Shown: positions 49,691 to 63,469, counted from the first letter of the stretch. The stretch: DNA of 64,000 bases from Hemiscyllium ocellatum (GCF_020745735.1 NW_026868014.1:1-64000), one strand, 5' to 3'. Program-made: numbers and translations. The notes: generated by a model not told the origin, from the sequence alone.

Positions 49691-52162
49691 CAGTGAGACA
49701 CCGAGCTCCCACCTCCCCCAGCTTTAACTCTGCTCAATCACACAATCACAGAATAGTTACAGTGCACAAGGAGGCCATTCCGTCCATCCTGTCTGTCATG
49801 GTTCTCCGACTGAGCAATTCACTGAGTGTCATTCTCCTGCCTTCTCCCTGTCACCCTGCACATTGTTCCTTTTCAAATAACAGTCTCATTCCCTTCGGAA
49901 TGTTTTAATTGAAGCTGCCTCCACCACACTCTTAGGCAGTGCATTCCACACCTTAACCACCCACTGGCTGAAAATGTTGTTCCCCCTCTCACTTTTGTTA
50001 CTTTTACTTATTACTTTAAATCTGTGTTCTCTCGGTCTCAATCCTTTCTCAATTGGGAACATTTTCTCCCTATTTACCCTGTCCAGGCCCCTCCTGGTTT
50101 TAATTCCTCAAACAAATCTCCTCTCAGCCTTCGCCAAAGAAGACAGTCCCAAATTCTCCAATCAATCTGTATAACTGATGTTCCTCATCCCTGGAAGGAT
50201 CTTCAGGAATATTTTTTGCCATTTCTACAAAACTTCAGCTCCTTCCTGAATTATTCACATTTTCTATGACCCTCATGATTTTATAAACCTTTACAAGGTC
50301 ACTCCTCAGACTCTTACGTGTCAGAATAAAAAGTTTCAGCTTTTCCAGCTTCTCATCGTCATGGAGTCATACAGCGTGGAAACAGACCTTTCAGTTCAAC
50401 TTGTCCATACTAACCAGATATCCTAAATCACCTCATCCCATTTGCCAGCATTTTGCTTACATTCCTCAAAACCCTTCCGATTCATGTACCCATCCCAATG
50501 CGTTTTAAATGCTGTAATAGTATCTGCCTCCAATACTTACTCTGGCAGCTCGATCCAGACACATACCACCCTCTGTGTGACAAGTTACCCCTCAGGTCCC
50601 TTTTGAATATTTTGCCTCTCACCTTAAACCTATGCCATCTTGTTTTGGACTCCCTTTCCCAAAGAAAAGGCCTTGGATATACACCCTGTCCATGCCCCTC
50701 ATGATTGTATAAACATCTATAAGGTCACCCCGAAGCCTTAGATGCTGTAGGAAAAATAGACCCAGTTTCTTCAGCCTTTCCCTATAGCTCAAACCCTCCA
50801 ATTCCTGGCCATGTCCTTGTAAATCTTTTCTGCAGCTTTATAAGTTTAACAGCATCCTTCCTATTTTCAAGGTGATCAGGATTGTTCACATTATTGCCAA
50901 AGTGGCCTCACTAATCTCCTGTACAGCTGCAACATGATGTCCCAACTCCTATACTCAAAATAGTGACCAATAAAAGCAAGTGTACCCAACACCTTCTTCA
51001 TCACCCTGTCTACTTGTGACCCCACTTTCAAGTAATAATGCACTTGCATCTTCAATCCGAGGTCTCTTTGTTCAGCAACACTCCACAGGGCCCTCCCATT
51101 AACTGTCTAACTCCTGCCCTGGGTTGCCTTTCCAAAATGCAACATCTCACAGTTATCTAAACTGAACTCCATATGCTACACCTCTGCCCATTGCCCCATC
51201 TGATGAAGGTCCCGCTGTACTCTGAGATGAATTTCTTCGCTATCCACTATCGTACCAATTTAGATATCATCTACAAACTTACTGTAACTCCTATATTCAC
51301 ATCCAAATCATTTCTATAAAATAGTGAATCCAGCACCAATGTTAGTGGCACACAGCTATTCACAGATCTCCAGTCTGAAAAGCAACCTTTTACCACCACT
51401 CCTGTCTCCTATCTTCAATCCAATTTTTTTATCCCAATGGCTCACTCCCCCTGGATCCCATGTGGTCTAACCTTACTAACCAGTCTATCATGTGGAACCT
51501 TGTCAAAAACTTTACTGAAGTCCATATTGACAATGTCTATTGTTCTATCTCCATAAATCTTCTTTGTCACCTCCTCAATCAAATTCAGGAGACATGATTT
51601 CCTATGCATAAAACCACATTGATTATCCAAAGAATGTAAATCCTATCCCACAGAATCCACTCCAACATCTTACCCAACACTGACATCAGGCTCACTGGTC
51701 TATAATTCCCTGGCTTTTCCTTACAGTCTTTCTTTCTTAAATAATGGCATAACATTAGCCAACCTCTCTGGTTCTCCAGCACCTTACCCATAGTTGTCAG
51801 TGATACACATATCTCAGTAAGGGGCCCAGCAATCTCTTCCCTAGTTTGCCACAATGTTCTGGGATACACCTGATCAGGTCCTAGGGTTTATCTACTACTT
51901 TTATGTGTTTTCAGATCTTGAGCGTCTCCTCATTTGTGTGTGGTCTCTTTTCAAGACATCACTATTTTTCCAAATTCCCTAGCTTTCTCCACAATATATA
52001 CTGACCTGAAATATTTGTTTGGGATCTCACCCATGTCTTGTGTCTTACCAAAATATAGCACTCACATGTATCTGAATTAAACTCCATCTGCCATTCCTCA
52101 GCCCACTGGCCCAGTTGATCAAGATTCCATTGTATTCTTAGACAGCCTTCTTCACTGCCAAT

Positions 52163-52480
52163 GATTAGATTAGAGCCTCTACGGGGTCGAAACAGGCCCT
52201 TCTGCCCAAAAAGTCCTCACCGATCCTCCGAAGAGTAACCCACCCAGACCCATTTCCCTCTCAGTAATGCATCTAACACTGTGGGCAATTTAGCATGGCC
52301 AATTCACCTGACCTGAACATCTTTGGACCATGGGAGTAAACCAGAACACCCGGAGGAAACCCACGCAGACACAGGGAGAATGTGCAAACTCCACACAGAC
52401 AGTTACCCAAGGCTGGAATCGAACCTGTGACCCTAGCTCTGAGAGGCTGCAGTGCTACCCACTGAGCCACCGTGCTGCCC
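52163..52480 (-). mobile_element. HE1-like SINE, right-arm specific
   Basis: Full head and tail; empty site near 13465 in the left arm. Confidence 0.85.
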
Positions 52481-54529
52481 CACCTGAGCCACCACTGAGC
52501 CACCGATGCCACCTGAAAATTCACCTGAACACACTCTCACAACTCTGGGCCCTTCCTGCCCATTACACTGCTACTATCCCAGTCTATATTCAGAAGCTAA
52601 AGACCGCCCCGCCCATTTATAACAACTCTATCATATTTGCAGGTCTCTGTAAATTCATGCATTTGTATTCTTCCACATCCTTCCCACTGGGAGGTGACTT
52701 ATTGACTGAACTGAGGATTCTGTGTTCCTTTGTGTTCCTCTTTGACATTCTCTCCTGGTTCGCACAGCCCTGCCAAGTTAGTTTAAACCCTCTCTAACTG
52801 CATGAGTAAACCACCTCACAAAAATCCAAAGACCTCCCTCATGGATCCTCTTTCCAGCCCCACAGTCACCTGTGCTCACCTCCTGATTCTATTCTCACCT
52901 GCATGTAGCACTGGGAGTCATCCGGAGATTCCTCCTTTTCAGTTCCTGCTGCTAATTCCCTCCAGAGCTCCCAACCTTCTGACTGCAGGACCACGTTCCT
53001 TTTTCTCCATCCATCACTGGGACCAATGTGGACTATGACTGCTGGCTGTTCCCCCTCTCCCCTCAGGGTGCTCTGCAGCCGCTCAGTGACATCCTTGACC
53101 TTGGCATCAGAGAGACAACACACCATCCTGGATTCCCATCTGCAGCTGCAGAAACACCTATCGATGCCCTCACTCTCAAATATCCTCTCACTATCGCTCT
53201 TCCAGTTTTCCTTCTGCCCTCCTGTATAGCTGAGCCCCCCCCCCCACCGTGGTGCCAGGGACTTGGCTCTGGCTGCACTCCCCAGATGAACCATCATTCT
53301 CATCAGGATTCTGAACTGAATCCTAGTTGGAGAGTGGGAGGCACTCAGGGATTCCTGTACTAGCTGCCTGGTCCTTTTGGACTGTCTGCTGCTCCCCCAT
53401 TCCCTCTCTCCCTGCATACTCTGAAGCTGCAGAGTGACCACATCTAGAAACGTGCTCTCCACGGAGCTCTCAGCCTCACAGATGCTCTCCACTGACACCA
53501 GCTGCTGCTCAAGCTCCAGAACCTGGAGCTCCAACTGCTGTCACTGACCACACTTCCTGCTCTCATGGTATTCCAGGAGCTGGGAAGCATTCTGAAGTTC
53601 CCACCTAAATGCACACTCTCTCCACTCTTTGGTTATCTGTTGATAAACAGCTACAGCAGGGCTCACAGTCCAGTAGGTTCAGTGTTCCAGGGTTTTGGGA
53701 AACTCTCCAGAAGACTTTAAGAAATAGGAGCAGAAATCAGCCATTCAGCCCATTGAATCTGCTCTGCAATTTGATCTTGGCAGATATGCTTCTCAACCCC
53801 ATTCTCCTGCCTACTCCACAGGAATTTTCCATCCCCTTAACAATCACAAACCTATCTATCCCTGTCTTAAATACACTCAGTGACTTGGCCTCCACTGCCC
53901 TCTGCAGCAATAAGTTCAACAGATTCACCACCCTCTGGCTGAAGAGATTCACCCTTATCTCAACTCTAAAGAGTCGGCCCTTCATTCTGAGGCTGTGCCT
54001 TGGTTACCGAGTCTCTCCTGTTTTTGGAAACATCTTCTCTGCATCCACTCTATCCAGGCCTGTCAGTATTCTGTAAATTTCAATAAGATCCCTCTTCATC
54101 CTTCTAAAGTCCATTGAGTACAGACCCAGAGTCCTCAAGCACGCCTGATATGACAAGCCCTTCATTGCCAGGATCATTCTTGTAAACCCCTCCAATGCCA
54201 GTACATTGTTCTATTAAAATATGGGTCCCAAAAATGCCCACAATATTCCAAATACAGTTTGACCAGAGCCTTACACAGCCTCAGCAGTACATCTCTGCTC
54301 TTGTATTCTGGCCCTATTGAAATGAATGCTATCATTTCATTTGCCTTCTCAAGCACAAACTGGACCTGCCTGTTAACCTGAATGAGGTTTGTGCTTTAGA
54401 TTTCCAAAGGCTTTCCTCATTTAGCAAACAGTCTTTGTATTTCTTCTTGTGTTCTATCTGCCACTTCTTTGCCAACTCTCAGAGCCTATTAGGACCTTTT
54501 ACAGCCTTCCCACTTCCTCAACACTACCT

Positions 54530-54852
54530 TTAGATTAGAGATTACTTTAGATTACTTACAGTGTGGAAACAGGCCCTTCGGCCCAACAAGTCCACACCGA
54601 CCCACCGAAGCGAAACCCACCCATACCCCTACATTTACCCCTTACCTAACACTACGGGCAATTTACGTGGCCAATTCACCTGACCCGCACATCTTTGGAC
54701 TGTGGGAGGAAACCGGAGCACCCGGAGGAAACCCACGCAGACACGGGGAGAACGTGCAAACTCCTCACAGTCAGTCGCCTGAGTTGGGAATTGAACCCAG
54801 GTCTCTGGCGCTGTGAGGCAGCACTGCTAACCACTGTGCCACCGTGCCGCCC
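54530..54852 (-). mobile_element. HE1-like SINE, full length, right-arm specific
   Basis: GGGCGGCACGGTGGCACAGTGG head on the minus strand; empty site acactacctgtccctcc near 11320. Confidence 0.88.
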
Positions 54853-55251
54853 CTCCTGTCCCTCCACCTATCTCATGTTGTCTGCAAACTTAGCAACAAT
54901 GTCTTCACTTCCTTCATCCAGATTGTTAATGTATAACGTGAATAGTTATTGTCCCAACATTGACACCTGCAGAACTCTACCAGTCACCAGCTGCCATCTT
55001 TCCTCACTCTCTGCTTTATGCCAACCTGTCCGTTCTCAGTCCATGCCAGTACATTGCCCCTAACACCGTGGGCGCTTATCTTATGTCAAATACCTTCTGG
55101 AAATCAAAATACATTACTTCCTCGGACTCTCCTTTGCCTGACTGGCTCATTGCCTCCTCAAAGAATTCTAACACATTTGCCAGGCATGACCTCCCCTTGA
55201 TGAAACCGTGTTGACTCAGCCCTATTTTACCATTGCACTTCCAAGTCCACC

Positions 55252-55460
55252 GGGTGACACTGTGGCACATTGGTTAGCACTGCTGCCTCACAGCGCCAGG
55301 GACCTGGGTTCAATTCCTGCCTCAGGCGACTGACTGTGTGGAGTTTGCATGTTCTCCCCGTGTCTGTGTGGGTTTCCTCCAGGTGCTCCGGTTTCCTCCC
55401 ACAGTCCAAAGATGTGCGGGTCAGGTGAATTGGCCTTAGCCTTAGGCAAGGGGTATATAT
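55252..55460 (+). mobile_element. HE1-like SINE, 3'-truncated, right-arm specific
   Basis: A/B boxes present; replaces about 130 nt that the left arm retains at ~10785-10925. Confidence 0.8.
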
Positions 55461-56490
55461 CCCCCATCAAATCTCCACCTCCACACCCTGACTCCATTGA
55501 TTCCTGAAAGATCATCACCAATGCCTCCACAATCTCTTCAGTGATCTCCTTCAGAACACACTGGTGTAGTTCATCCAGTCTGGGGGAGTTATCCAAATTC
55601 AGACCTTCCAGCTTCCCCAGTACCTCCTCCTTACTGATGGCCACTACACGCCTGAACTGCCCCCTGACAGTCTGGAAGTACTGGTACACTGCTGGTGTTT
55701 TCCATGGTGCAGACTGATGCAAAGTATCGATTCAATTCCTCGGCTATTCCTTCATTTCCTACTATTCTTTCTCCAAACTCATTTTCCAGTGATCCAATGT
55801 CTAGTTTTGCCTCCCTCTTCCTTTTTATATATTTGCTAAAACTCTTGCAATCTTCTTTTATATTACTGGCTAGATAACTCCCAGATTTCATCTTCTCCAC
55901 CCTTAATGCTTTTTTAGTTATCCTCTATAGCTCTTTAAAGACTTCCTAATCCTCTGGCTTCCCACTATTCTCCACCACATTGGATGCTTTTTCTTTTGCT
56001 TTTATGCTGTCCTTGACCTCCCTCATCAGCCATGGTTGCCTTGTCCTCCCCTGAGAATGTTTTTTTCTTTTTTGGGATGAATTCCTACTCTACTTCCTGA
56101 ATTACCCCCAGAAACTCTGCTGTTTGCTGCCCCACCATCTTACCTGCTCGGCTCCCCTTACAACCAACTCTGGCCAGCTCCTTCCTCATGTCTTTGCAGT
56201 TACCTTTACTCAACTGAAATACAGTTCCATCTGATTGTAGCTTCTCTCTCTCAAACTACAGGGGGAATTATGGTCACTTATCCAGAGTGATACTTTCACC
56301 TTAAACTCACTAATCATGTTTGCCTCATTCCACATCACTGAATCCACACCTGCCTGTTCCATCATGGCTCAACCACAAGCTGCTCCAAAAACCATCTCGT
56401 AGACATTCCATGAAATCCTTTTCTTTCGATGCACTACCCAGTCCACCTATCCATTGAGGTCTACCCTGACATTTAGTTTATCCCTTTTCT

Positions 56491-56783
56491 GGGCGGCATG
56501 GTGGCACAGTGGTTAGCACTGCTGCCTCACAGCGCCTGAGACCCAGGTTCAATTCCTATCTCAGGCGACTGACTGCGTGGAGTTTGCTCGTTCTCCCCAT
56601 GTCTGCGTGGGTTTCCTCCCTCAGTCCAAAGATGTGCAGGTCAGGTGAATTGGACATGCTAAATTGCCCGTAGTGTTAGGTAAGGGGTAAATGTAGGGGT
56701 ATGGGTGGGTTGCGCTTCAGTGGGTCGGTGTGGACTTGTTGGGCTGAACAGCCTGCTTCCACACTGTAAGTAATCTAATCTAA
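56491..56783 (+). mobile_element. HE1-like SINE, right-arm specific
   Basis: TSD TTTTCT at 56485-56490 and 56784-56789; empty site near 9860. Confidence 0.88.
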
Positions 56784-57567
56784 TTTTCTGTCTCCTGATT
56801 GATTTCCTTCCCCACACCCTGATTACTGCTTGGAGACCTGGACATAACTTGCATCAGATTCTTTATTGTGGTTCCTCAGCTCTACCCACACAGATTCTAC
56901 ACCTTCTGACTTCTTGCTATTGATTGAATTTTATTTCACACTAACAAGGCAACTCTTGCCCCTCTGCCCATCTGCCTGTCCTTTTGATAGGACATGGATC
57001 CTTGGATATTTAGTTCCCAGCCCAGACCCCCTTACAGCCATGTCTCTGTGATACCCACAACATCGTACCTACCAGTTTCAATCTGCACTACAAGCTCATT
57101 GTGTATACTGTGTGCATTTAAGTACAACACCCTCAGTCCTGCATTGACTGCCCTCCTTCTCATCATTGTCCTCTTATCTACTGTGCTTGAAGTTCGACTC
57201 TTGTTCCTTTCTGTACTCTCTGTCCTAGGTTGTCTTCTAGAAACTTGAATAACCTCTCCTGAGCCCTCCTCCACTTTAACTAGTTTAATTCCTTGGACAC
57301 TCAATTTACCTTGATTTATTGCGTCACTTTGTCTACCTTATTCGGAATGCTTTGTGCATTTAGTTACAAACTCTTTAAATTTATTTTATTATTGATTTTC
57401 CCTGCACTTCTTTAGTTCCTTTGATATTCAAAAAATCCGTCCCCATCTTTTATTTTCTGGTAACAATCAATCCCACCACTAACCAACAATCGACCTTCTC
57501 CTTCACCTTCTGTTTTCTCATTTTCCATCCAACTGAAACAAATTACTTTATGTGTCGATTGACCTCA

Positions 57568-57884
57568 GGCATGGTGGCTCAGTGGTTAGCACCGCTACCT
57601 CACAGCGCCAAGGATACGGGTTCAATTCCTGCCTTGGGAAACTGTCTGTGTGGTGTTTGCACATTGTCCCTGTGTCTGTGTGGGTTTCCCCCAGGTGCTC
57701 TGGTTTACTCCCACTGTCCAAAGATGTGCAGGCCAGGTGAATTGGCCATTCTAAATTGCCTACAGTGTTAGATGAAATAGTCAGGAGTAAATGTATGGAA
57801 TGTTTCTGGGTGGGCTGCTGTTTGGAGAGTTGGTGTGGACTTGTCAGGCTGAACTGCCTGTTTCCACACTGGAGGGAATCTAAT
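57568..57884 (+). mobile_element. HE1-like SINE, right-arm specific
   Basis: TCAGGC at both flanks; empty site near 9065. Confidence 0.83.
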
Positions 57885-59724
57885 CAGGCCAATATTTCTC
57901 ATTATTGCTCTTTGATCTCTTGCTTCTACTTGGATCCTGCTGTGTAGAAACTGGCTGCCACCTTCCTGACATTGCAACAGTGACTCCTTGTCAAACAAAA
58001 CTGTCTGTAAATGTCTTTGGAAGAGCCTGAAATGTTAAGGGCTGGATTGATGCCCATATGCTCTAAACTTTTCTGATTTACATATCCATGCCTTTTAAAT
58101 GTTTTAATCATACCAGCCTTCACCACTTCTTCTGGCAGCCCATTTCATACATTTAACACCATCTGAATGAAAACGTTGTTCTTTAGGTCCCTTTTAAATC
58201 TTTCCCCTGTCACCTTCAACCTATGCCCTCCAGTTCTGGACTCCCCCACTCTGGAGAAAAGATCTTCTCTATTCACCCTATCTATGCTGCTCATGATTTT
58301 ATAAACCTCCATCCGGTCACCCATCAACCTGCAATGATCCAGGGAAAACAGCCTCAGCCTATTCAGCCTCTCCCGATAGCTCAAACCCTCCAACCTTGGC
58401 AACATCCTTGTAAATCTTTTCTGAACCATTTTAAGGTTCACAACATTTTTCCTCCAGCAGGGAGACCAGAATTACACACAGTATTCCAAAAGTGCCCTAA
58501 CCAATGTCTGTCAGCCACAAGAGCTCCCAACTCCAATACTCAATGCACTGACCAATAAAAGAAAGCAAACCAAATGACATTGTCACCCCCCCCCCCCCCG
58601 CCCCCCCCACCTACCTGCAACCTCACTTCCAGTGAAGTATTCTTTTTTTTTGGATGAACTGAGAGTCTTCCAGTTGTGAAAGATGCCATTCCATGGACTT
58701 TTGGATGAAGAGCAGGCAGTTCCCCCTGGTGTCCCTAATCAATATTTATCCCCCAGTCAAAATCAATGAAAATCTGTTTCTCTTCTTTTTATCATATTGT
58801 GTTTGGGATCTCGCTGTGCACAGTCTGCAGGAAAGATCCATTGGGACATCTTGATTTGGGGACAGGTGCTTCACAAATGCAAGTCTTTCTTTAAGTTTGA
58901 AGTCTCCTGATCCGAACACTCACCCATTGTCTGTGCACTCTCACCTTCCGGGGGCATGGGGTCATTAGGAGCAGTGACCCAAAGGACACTGAGACTCTTT
59001 GCAGCCTCACCCTTGACCTCAGCCCAGCAGTGTGCAGCAAGGTTTGAAATGTAATCTAGAACCTTCTACACAGACACCCCAATGTGACTCATTCCCGAAG
59101 TGTGTGGATCCGAGTCTGCTCCAAAGTTCTCGGATAAATTTCTCCTGATCTGTGGGTGATCGGAGGTTTGTTAAAGAAGTATCAAGATCCGTCCCACTTT
59201 CCAGCTCTTGCTCCATAGCTCTGGAGGTTTCACTGTTTGAAGTGAATACCCAAGTGTTTTTTTCAAAGTGATGAGGGTTTCTGCCTCTCCCACCCTTTCA
59301 GGCTGTGAGTCCCACATCCCACCAAGCTCTGGGTGAAAACAAATACCCTCAACTCCCCTATAATCCTGCCCCCAACTGATTTCAATCTCTCCCCATGGTT
59401 ATTGCCCTCTGTGCTGGTGGAAATCAGTCCTTCCTACCCACTCTGTCCAGGCCCCTCATCATTTTACACACCACCATCAAATCTCCCCTCAGCCTCCTGT
59501 GTTCCAACAAAAACACTCCCAGCCAATCCAAACATTCCTCAAAACTCAAAGTTCCCATTCCAGACAAACTCTTCCTCTGTCCTGGTCTCCTGTGGGATCA
59601 CATCCTTCCTATAATGTGGTGACCAGAACCGTACACTGTTCTCTCACTGTGCTCTAACTGGGGTTTTATACAGTTCCAGAATAAACAAACTCCTTGCTTT
59701 CACAGTCAACCAAAAATGAGATAA

Positions 59725-60055
59725 GGGAGGTGATGGTCTAATGGTGTTATTGCTGAGCTGTTAATCCAGAGATCCAGATAATGTTCTGGGGACCAGGGTT
59801 AGAATCCAGCAGATGGTGGCATTCAAATTCAATCAAAAAAAATCTGGAATTAAGTCTAATGACGACCATGAAACCATCTTTGATTGTCAGGAAAACGCCA
59901 TCTGATTCCCTAATGTCCTTTCGGGAAAGAAACTGCCATCCTTACCATGTGACCCCAGACCCACAGCAATGTGGTTGACTCTAAACTGCCCTTTGGGTGA
60001 TTAGCGATGGACAATAAATGCTGCCGATCCAGCAATTGCCCTCATTCCATCAAGG
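59725..60055 (+). mobile_element. Deu-domain SINE (SacSINE1-like)
   Basis: Same core as 6785-7118 in mirror position, so it predates the inverted duplication. Confidence 0.65.
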
Positions 60056-61133
60056 GAAAATGAAGAACAGTTTATCCCATGTGTCTTCTTACCACCTCAC
60101 TGACCTGCATTAAACACCATGGCCAAATCTTCCATCTCCACATGACTTGCAGTTTCAAATTCCTTCATTATCTGAGATACAGATAGAAACATCCAAACTA
60201 CGAGCAACCGTAGGCCATTTGGCCCCCGAGCCTGCTCCACCATTCATTATGATCATGGCTGATTATCCAACACAGTCCCCTGTTCCTGCTTTCTCCCCAC
60301 ATTCTTTGATCCCTTTCATCCGAAGAACTACATCTAATTCCTTATTGAACACATACCGCATCTAATTCCCTCATGCTGGTAAAATGGATGAGAATTATTG
60401 GGTTGTTGTTTTTTGACCAGTATGGACACAATGGGCTGATGGGCCTTTTGGGTCTCTCTGACTCGATGATTCTATTATTATACTTTAAGAATAACTGAGT
60501 ACCAAGGACTGACCACTGTGTAACTACCTGTCATTCAGAAAAAGACTCATTCTTTCTGTCCTGTCTGCCAACCAGTTCCCAATCCATGTCAGTATGTGAA
60601 CCCCAATCCTCTTGTTCATTTGGTCTAGATCTGGAAGCCACACCCTTACTAATTGTGGGACCAGATTCTGAACAGTCTGTCTCATCCTTCGAGGGCTCCT
60701 ACTGCCCTGACACTGATTTCCCATCATGCCATTGGTTCCGATCCACTTTTACCAAAGCACCACACAGTTTAGTAAAATGAAAACTTTTACACTTGCTCCA
60801 TGGTTCTCCATTTCCATCCCTACTCTCAATCTCACTGAGTTCTGATCACTGTCACGAAAATGCTCCCCCATTGACAGCCCTTCCAGCTGCCCAGAAACTG
60901 TCCCTTCTCTCTATGCTACTTCACCATCACCTTCTCAGGGGCAATTAGGGATGGGTAATAAATGTTGGCCCTGCCAGTGACACCCACATCCCAAGAAGCA
61001 ATGTGAACAATGCTTGGTCATTTGTTGGGTTTATTCTGTATTGACGACAAATGTTCAAAAAGATTGTATGGCCAGATTATGGTTGAATTCCCTTCCAGTG
61101 GCAGGAATTAAAATTGTTTCTCTTGTCTTTCAG

Positions 61134-61462
61134 GCCGTGAGAACTCTCAGCCCAAGCTGACCTTGCTGCCCCCCTCCCCGGAGCAGGTCAATGCCAAGGG
61201 CACTGCCACCCTGGTGTGCCTTGCCAATCACTTCTATCCCGATGAGCTGGAGGTGCAGTGGAAGAAGGACGGTGCAGTCATTTCGGACGGGGTTCAGACC
61301 AGCAACTACCTGCGAGCTTCAGACAGCACCTACAGTGTCAGCAGCCTGCTGACCCTCTCTGGGTCTGACTGGGAGTCCGACGCTCGCTTCTCCTGTGCCC
61401 TCACCCACGTGACCCTCCCCTCTCCCCTCAGCAAGAGCATCAGGAGATCAGAATGTGTGTAG
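61134..61462 (+). CDS. IGKC: Ig kappa-type light-chain constant exon, cluster B
   Basis: Polypyrimidine tract plus CAG at 61131-61133, phase 1 matching J. (S)RENSQPKLTLLPPSPEQVNAKGTATLVCLANHFYPDELEVQWKKDG...RFSCALTH...RSECV*, with the C1-set Cys, Trp and Cys and the penultimate interchain Cys. Confidence 0.96.
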
Positions 61463-61601
61463 AGTGTTGGAGACAGTCCACAGAGGAGACACAACTTTAA
61501 ACAGAACAGGGCTGAGCTGGCAGGACAAAGGTCATTGTCAGCACTGAATTTCAACTCTCTTCCTTCTCAGGATTGCTCAGAGAAACTTCTGAGGTTTGGA
61601 T

Positions 61602-61964
61602 ATTAAAGCAGGTCATCGCGACAGTGTCAAGAGAGCTTTACACTGTGTCAAACCCCATGCTGTCCTTGTCCTGGGAATGTTTGATGGGGACAGGATTGCC
61701 TTGTTATGTTAGCTGCACAAAACAATGTGAACCTCAGAAGTCTCTGCTTCAGTAAACCAGATCTCCTTCCTGCTCAGCTGCCAGTTCCAGTTTAAGGTTT
61801 TGTCACTGTTTAAAGGGACAGGATTCTCATGTTATTGAGAAAATCTCTCCAAGTGTTTTCCTCAATCTCCATTGTGGCTATGAATTTGAGCAGCTTCCTC
61901 TGTCTTGGCTGTTAATTGCAGTTGTTTCTTTTTCTGTCAATGTGAATGTGGAAAAGGGAATAAA
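61602..61964 (+). terminator. Candidate polyadenylation signals of cluster B (ATTAAA 61602-61607; AATAAA 61959-61964)
   Basis: Hexamers about 140 and 500 nt after the stop codon; which one is used cannot be determined from sequence. Confidence 0.45.
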
Positions 61965-62319
61965 GGTGAAAATTCAGTCTCTGTCTCCGTGTGCTTTGGA
62001 AATAACTGACTTTCTCCTCCCCCATCTTTCAGTTGATTGGCTGTATTTCAGCAGGTCATTGTCACAATTGGTTACTTGGCCTGTCAATCAATTACAATCA
62101 TCAATCATCAATCATTTTCAAATGATCCCTTTAATCAGGAATTTATGTAGATTCCAAAAAGAACAGAAACTGAAAGTTGTTGGGACTCAGTAAGTGCAAT
62201 CTGATGCATTCCCTCTTCACTCTGTTGGTACATGCCCAGCTGATGGGATCGAACTGTGCAATCTCTGCTGCATGTCGGATAGCCCCTGAAATAATCTTCG
62301 GCCAATCACAGACATTGTT

Positions 62320-62635
62320 GGCTGTGTGCCTCTCTGAGTGTGAGTGTTTAACTCAATACTGCCTGTAGATGTCTCTCTGAGTGTGGCTGTGTTACTCAGA
62401 GACACACCACAGACAGCGCTCAGTAACACACCCACATTCGGTGAGACACCGATCCGCAGCATGGAGTGTGAGTGTGTTACTTAGTGCTGCCTGAAGGTGT
62501 CTCTCTCAGTGTGAGTGTGTTACTCTGTGCTGCCTGTAGGTGTCTCTCTCAATGTGAGTGTGTTACTCTGTGCTGCCTGTAGGTGTCTCTCTCAGTGTGA
62601 GTGTGTTACTCTGTGCTGCCTGTAGGTGTCTCTGA
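62320..62635. repeat. 43-bp minisatellite 3' of C (mirror ~3700-4230)
   Basis: Unit gtgtgagtgtgttactctgtgctgcctgtaggtgtctctctca; period 43 at 62521, 62564 and 62607. Confidence 0.9.
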
Positions 62636-63469
62636 GGTCTGTGTCTCCGAGCGATGGATTGAGAATGGGCTTTGTGCTGGGGATTGAAGATTTGGCTTTA
62701 ATCTTCTCAAATCATGAATGAAAAACAGCTCAGCTGATTCAGTCTGAGATGGCAGCTCATTCAGATGGCCAAAGTTAAAAAACACACAACACCAGATAAT
62801 AGTCAACAGGTTTATTTGGAAGTAAAAGCATTCGGAGTGCTGCCCCTTCATTAGGTAGCTGGAAGGGCAGGATCATTGGGCACAGAATTTATAGCAAATT
62901 CAGATAGCAGCTGTAAAAGGTGAATACTGAGAGTGTATTCTCAGGAAGGGAGGGATTTCAGAGGCAGTGGGCACTGTGCTCCCAAATGTGTTGATCAATT
63001 CCGAGGAGATTTTTTGAATCCAGGGCCAGAGGAGTTGTGGCTGCCTGCCCAGCCAATGCTGGCTCCCCATAGTCATATTTCAGTGGTTAATTAACCCAAA
63101 ACTAGGTGCAGCAATATTACCTTCCAGGGAGAGGAGTTGTCTGAGGGAGGGAGGTTGAATTCATACAGCCCCAAGAGAGGTTGTGGTGGATTAATGACAG
63201 GTATGACCACCATGAAGGTGCCACCTTCTCTCCCCCTGCTACAGCTGTGATGACCCTCAGGTTAAAAGTGTGACTGCTCTGGGATAATGACCACATTCCT
63301 GGGTGATGGAGGGAAGGCCAACCTCTCCCAAAGGCAGCACAGGCTGGATCGAAGGTGAAACAAGAGTAAGCATGGGGAGATTGAGGGTGACAGAAGGAGG
63401 GGGTTGGTTGGCAGGTTGTTATTCAGAGTCAGGTACCAGAGTTTCAGTCCTTCTGACACTCCTCTTTTT

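Noticed and set aside
49689-49695. Isolated CACAGTG in the J-C intron as an analogue of the mammalian kappa-deleting-element intron heptamer
   Set aside because: No nonamer at 12 or 23 nt, the heptamer is common in CA-rich DNA, and no 23-RSS partner was found in the 2.5 kb available downstream of C. A partner beyond the window cannot be excluded.
61641-61647. CACTGTG downstream of C as a Kde-like RSS
   Set aside because: No nonamer at either spacing and not conserved in cluster A.
62320-62635. 43/44-bp periodic arrays as CRISPR-like repeats
   Set aside because: Units are head-to-tail with no unique spacers; these are eukaryotic minisatellites.
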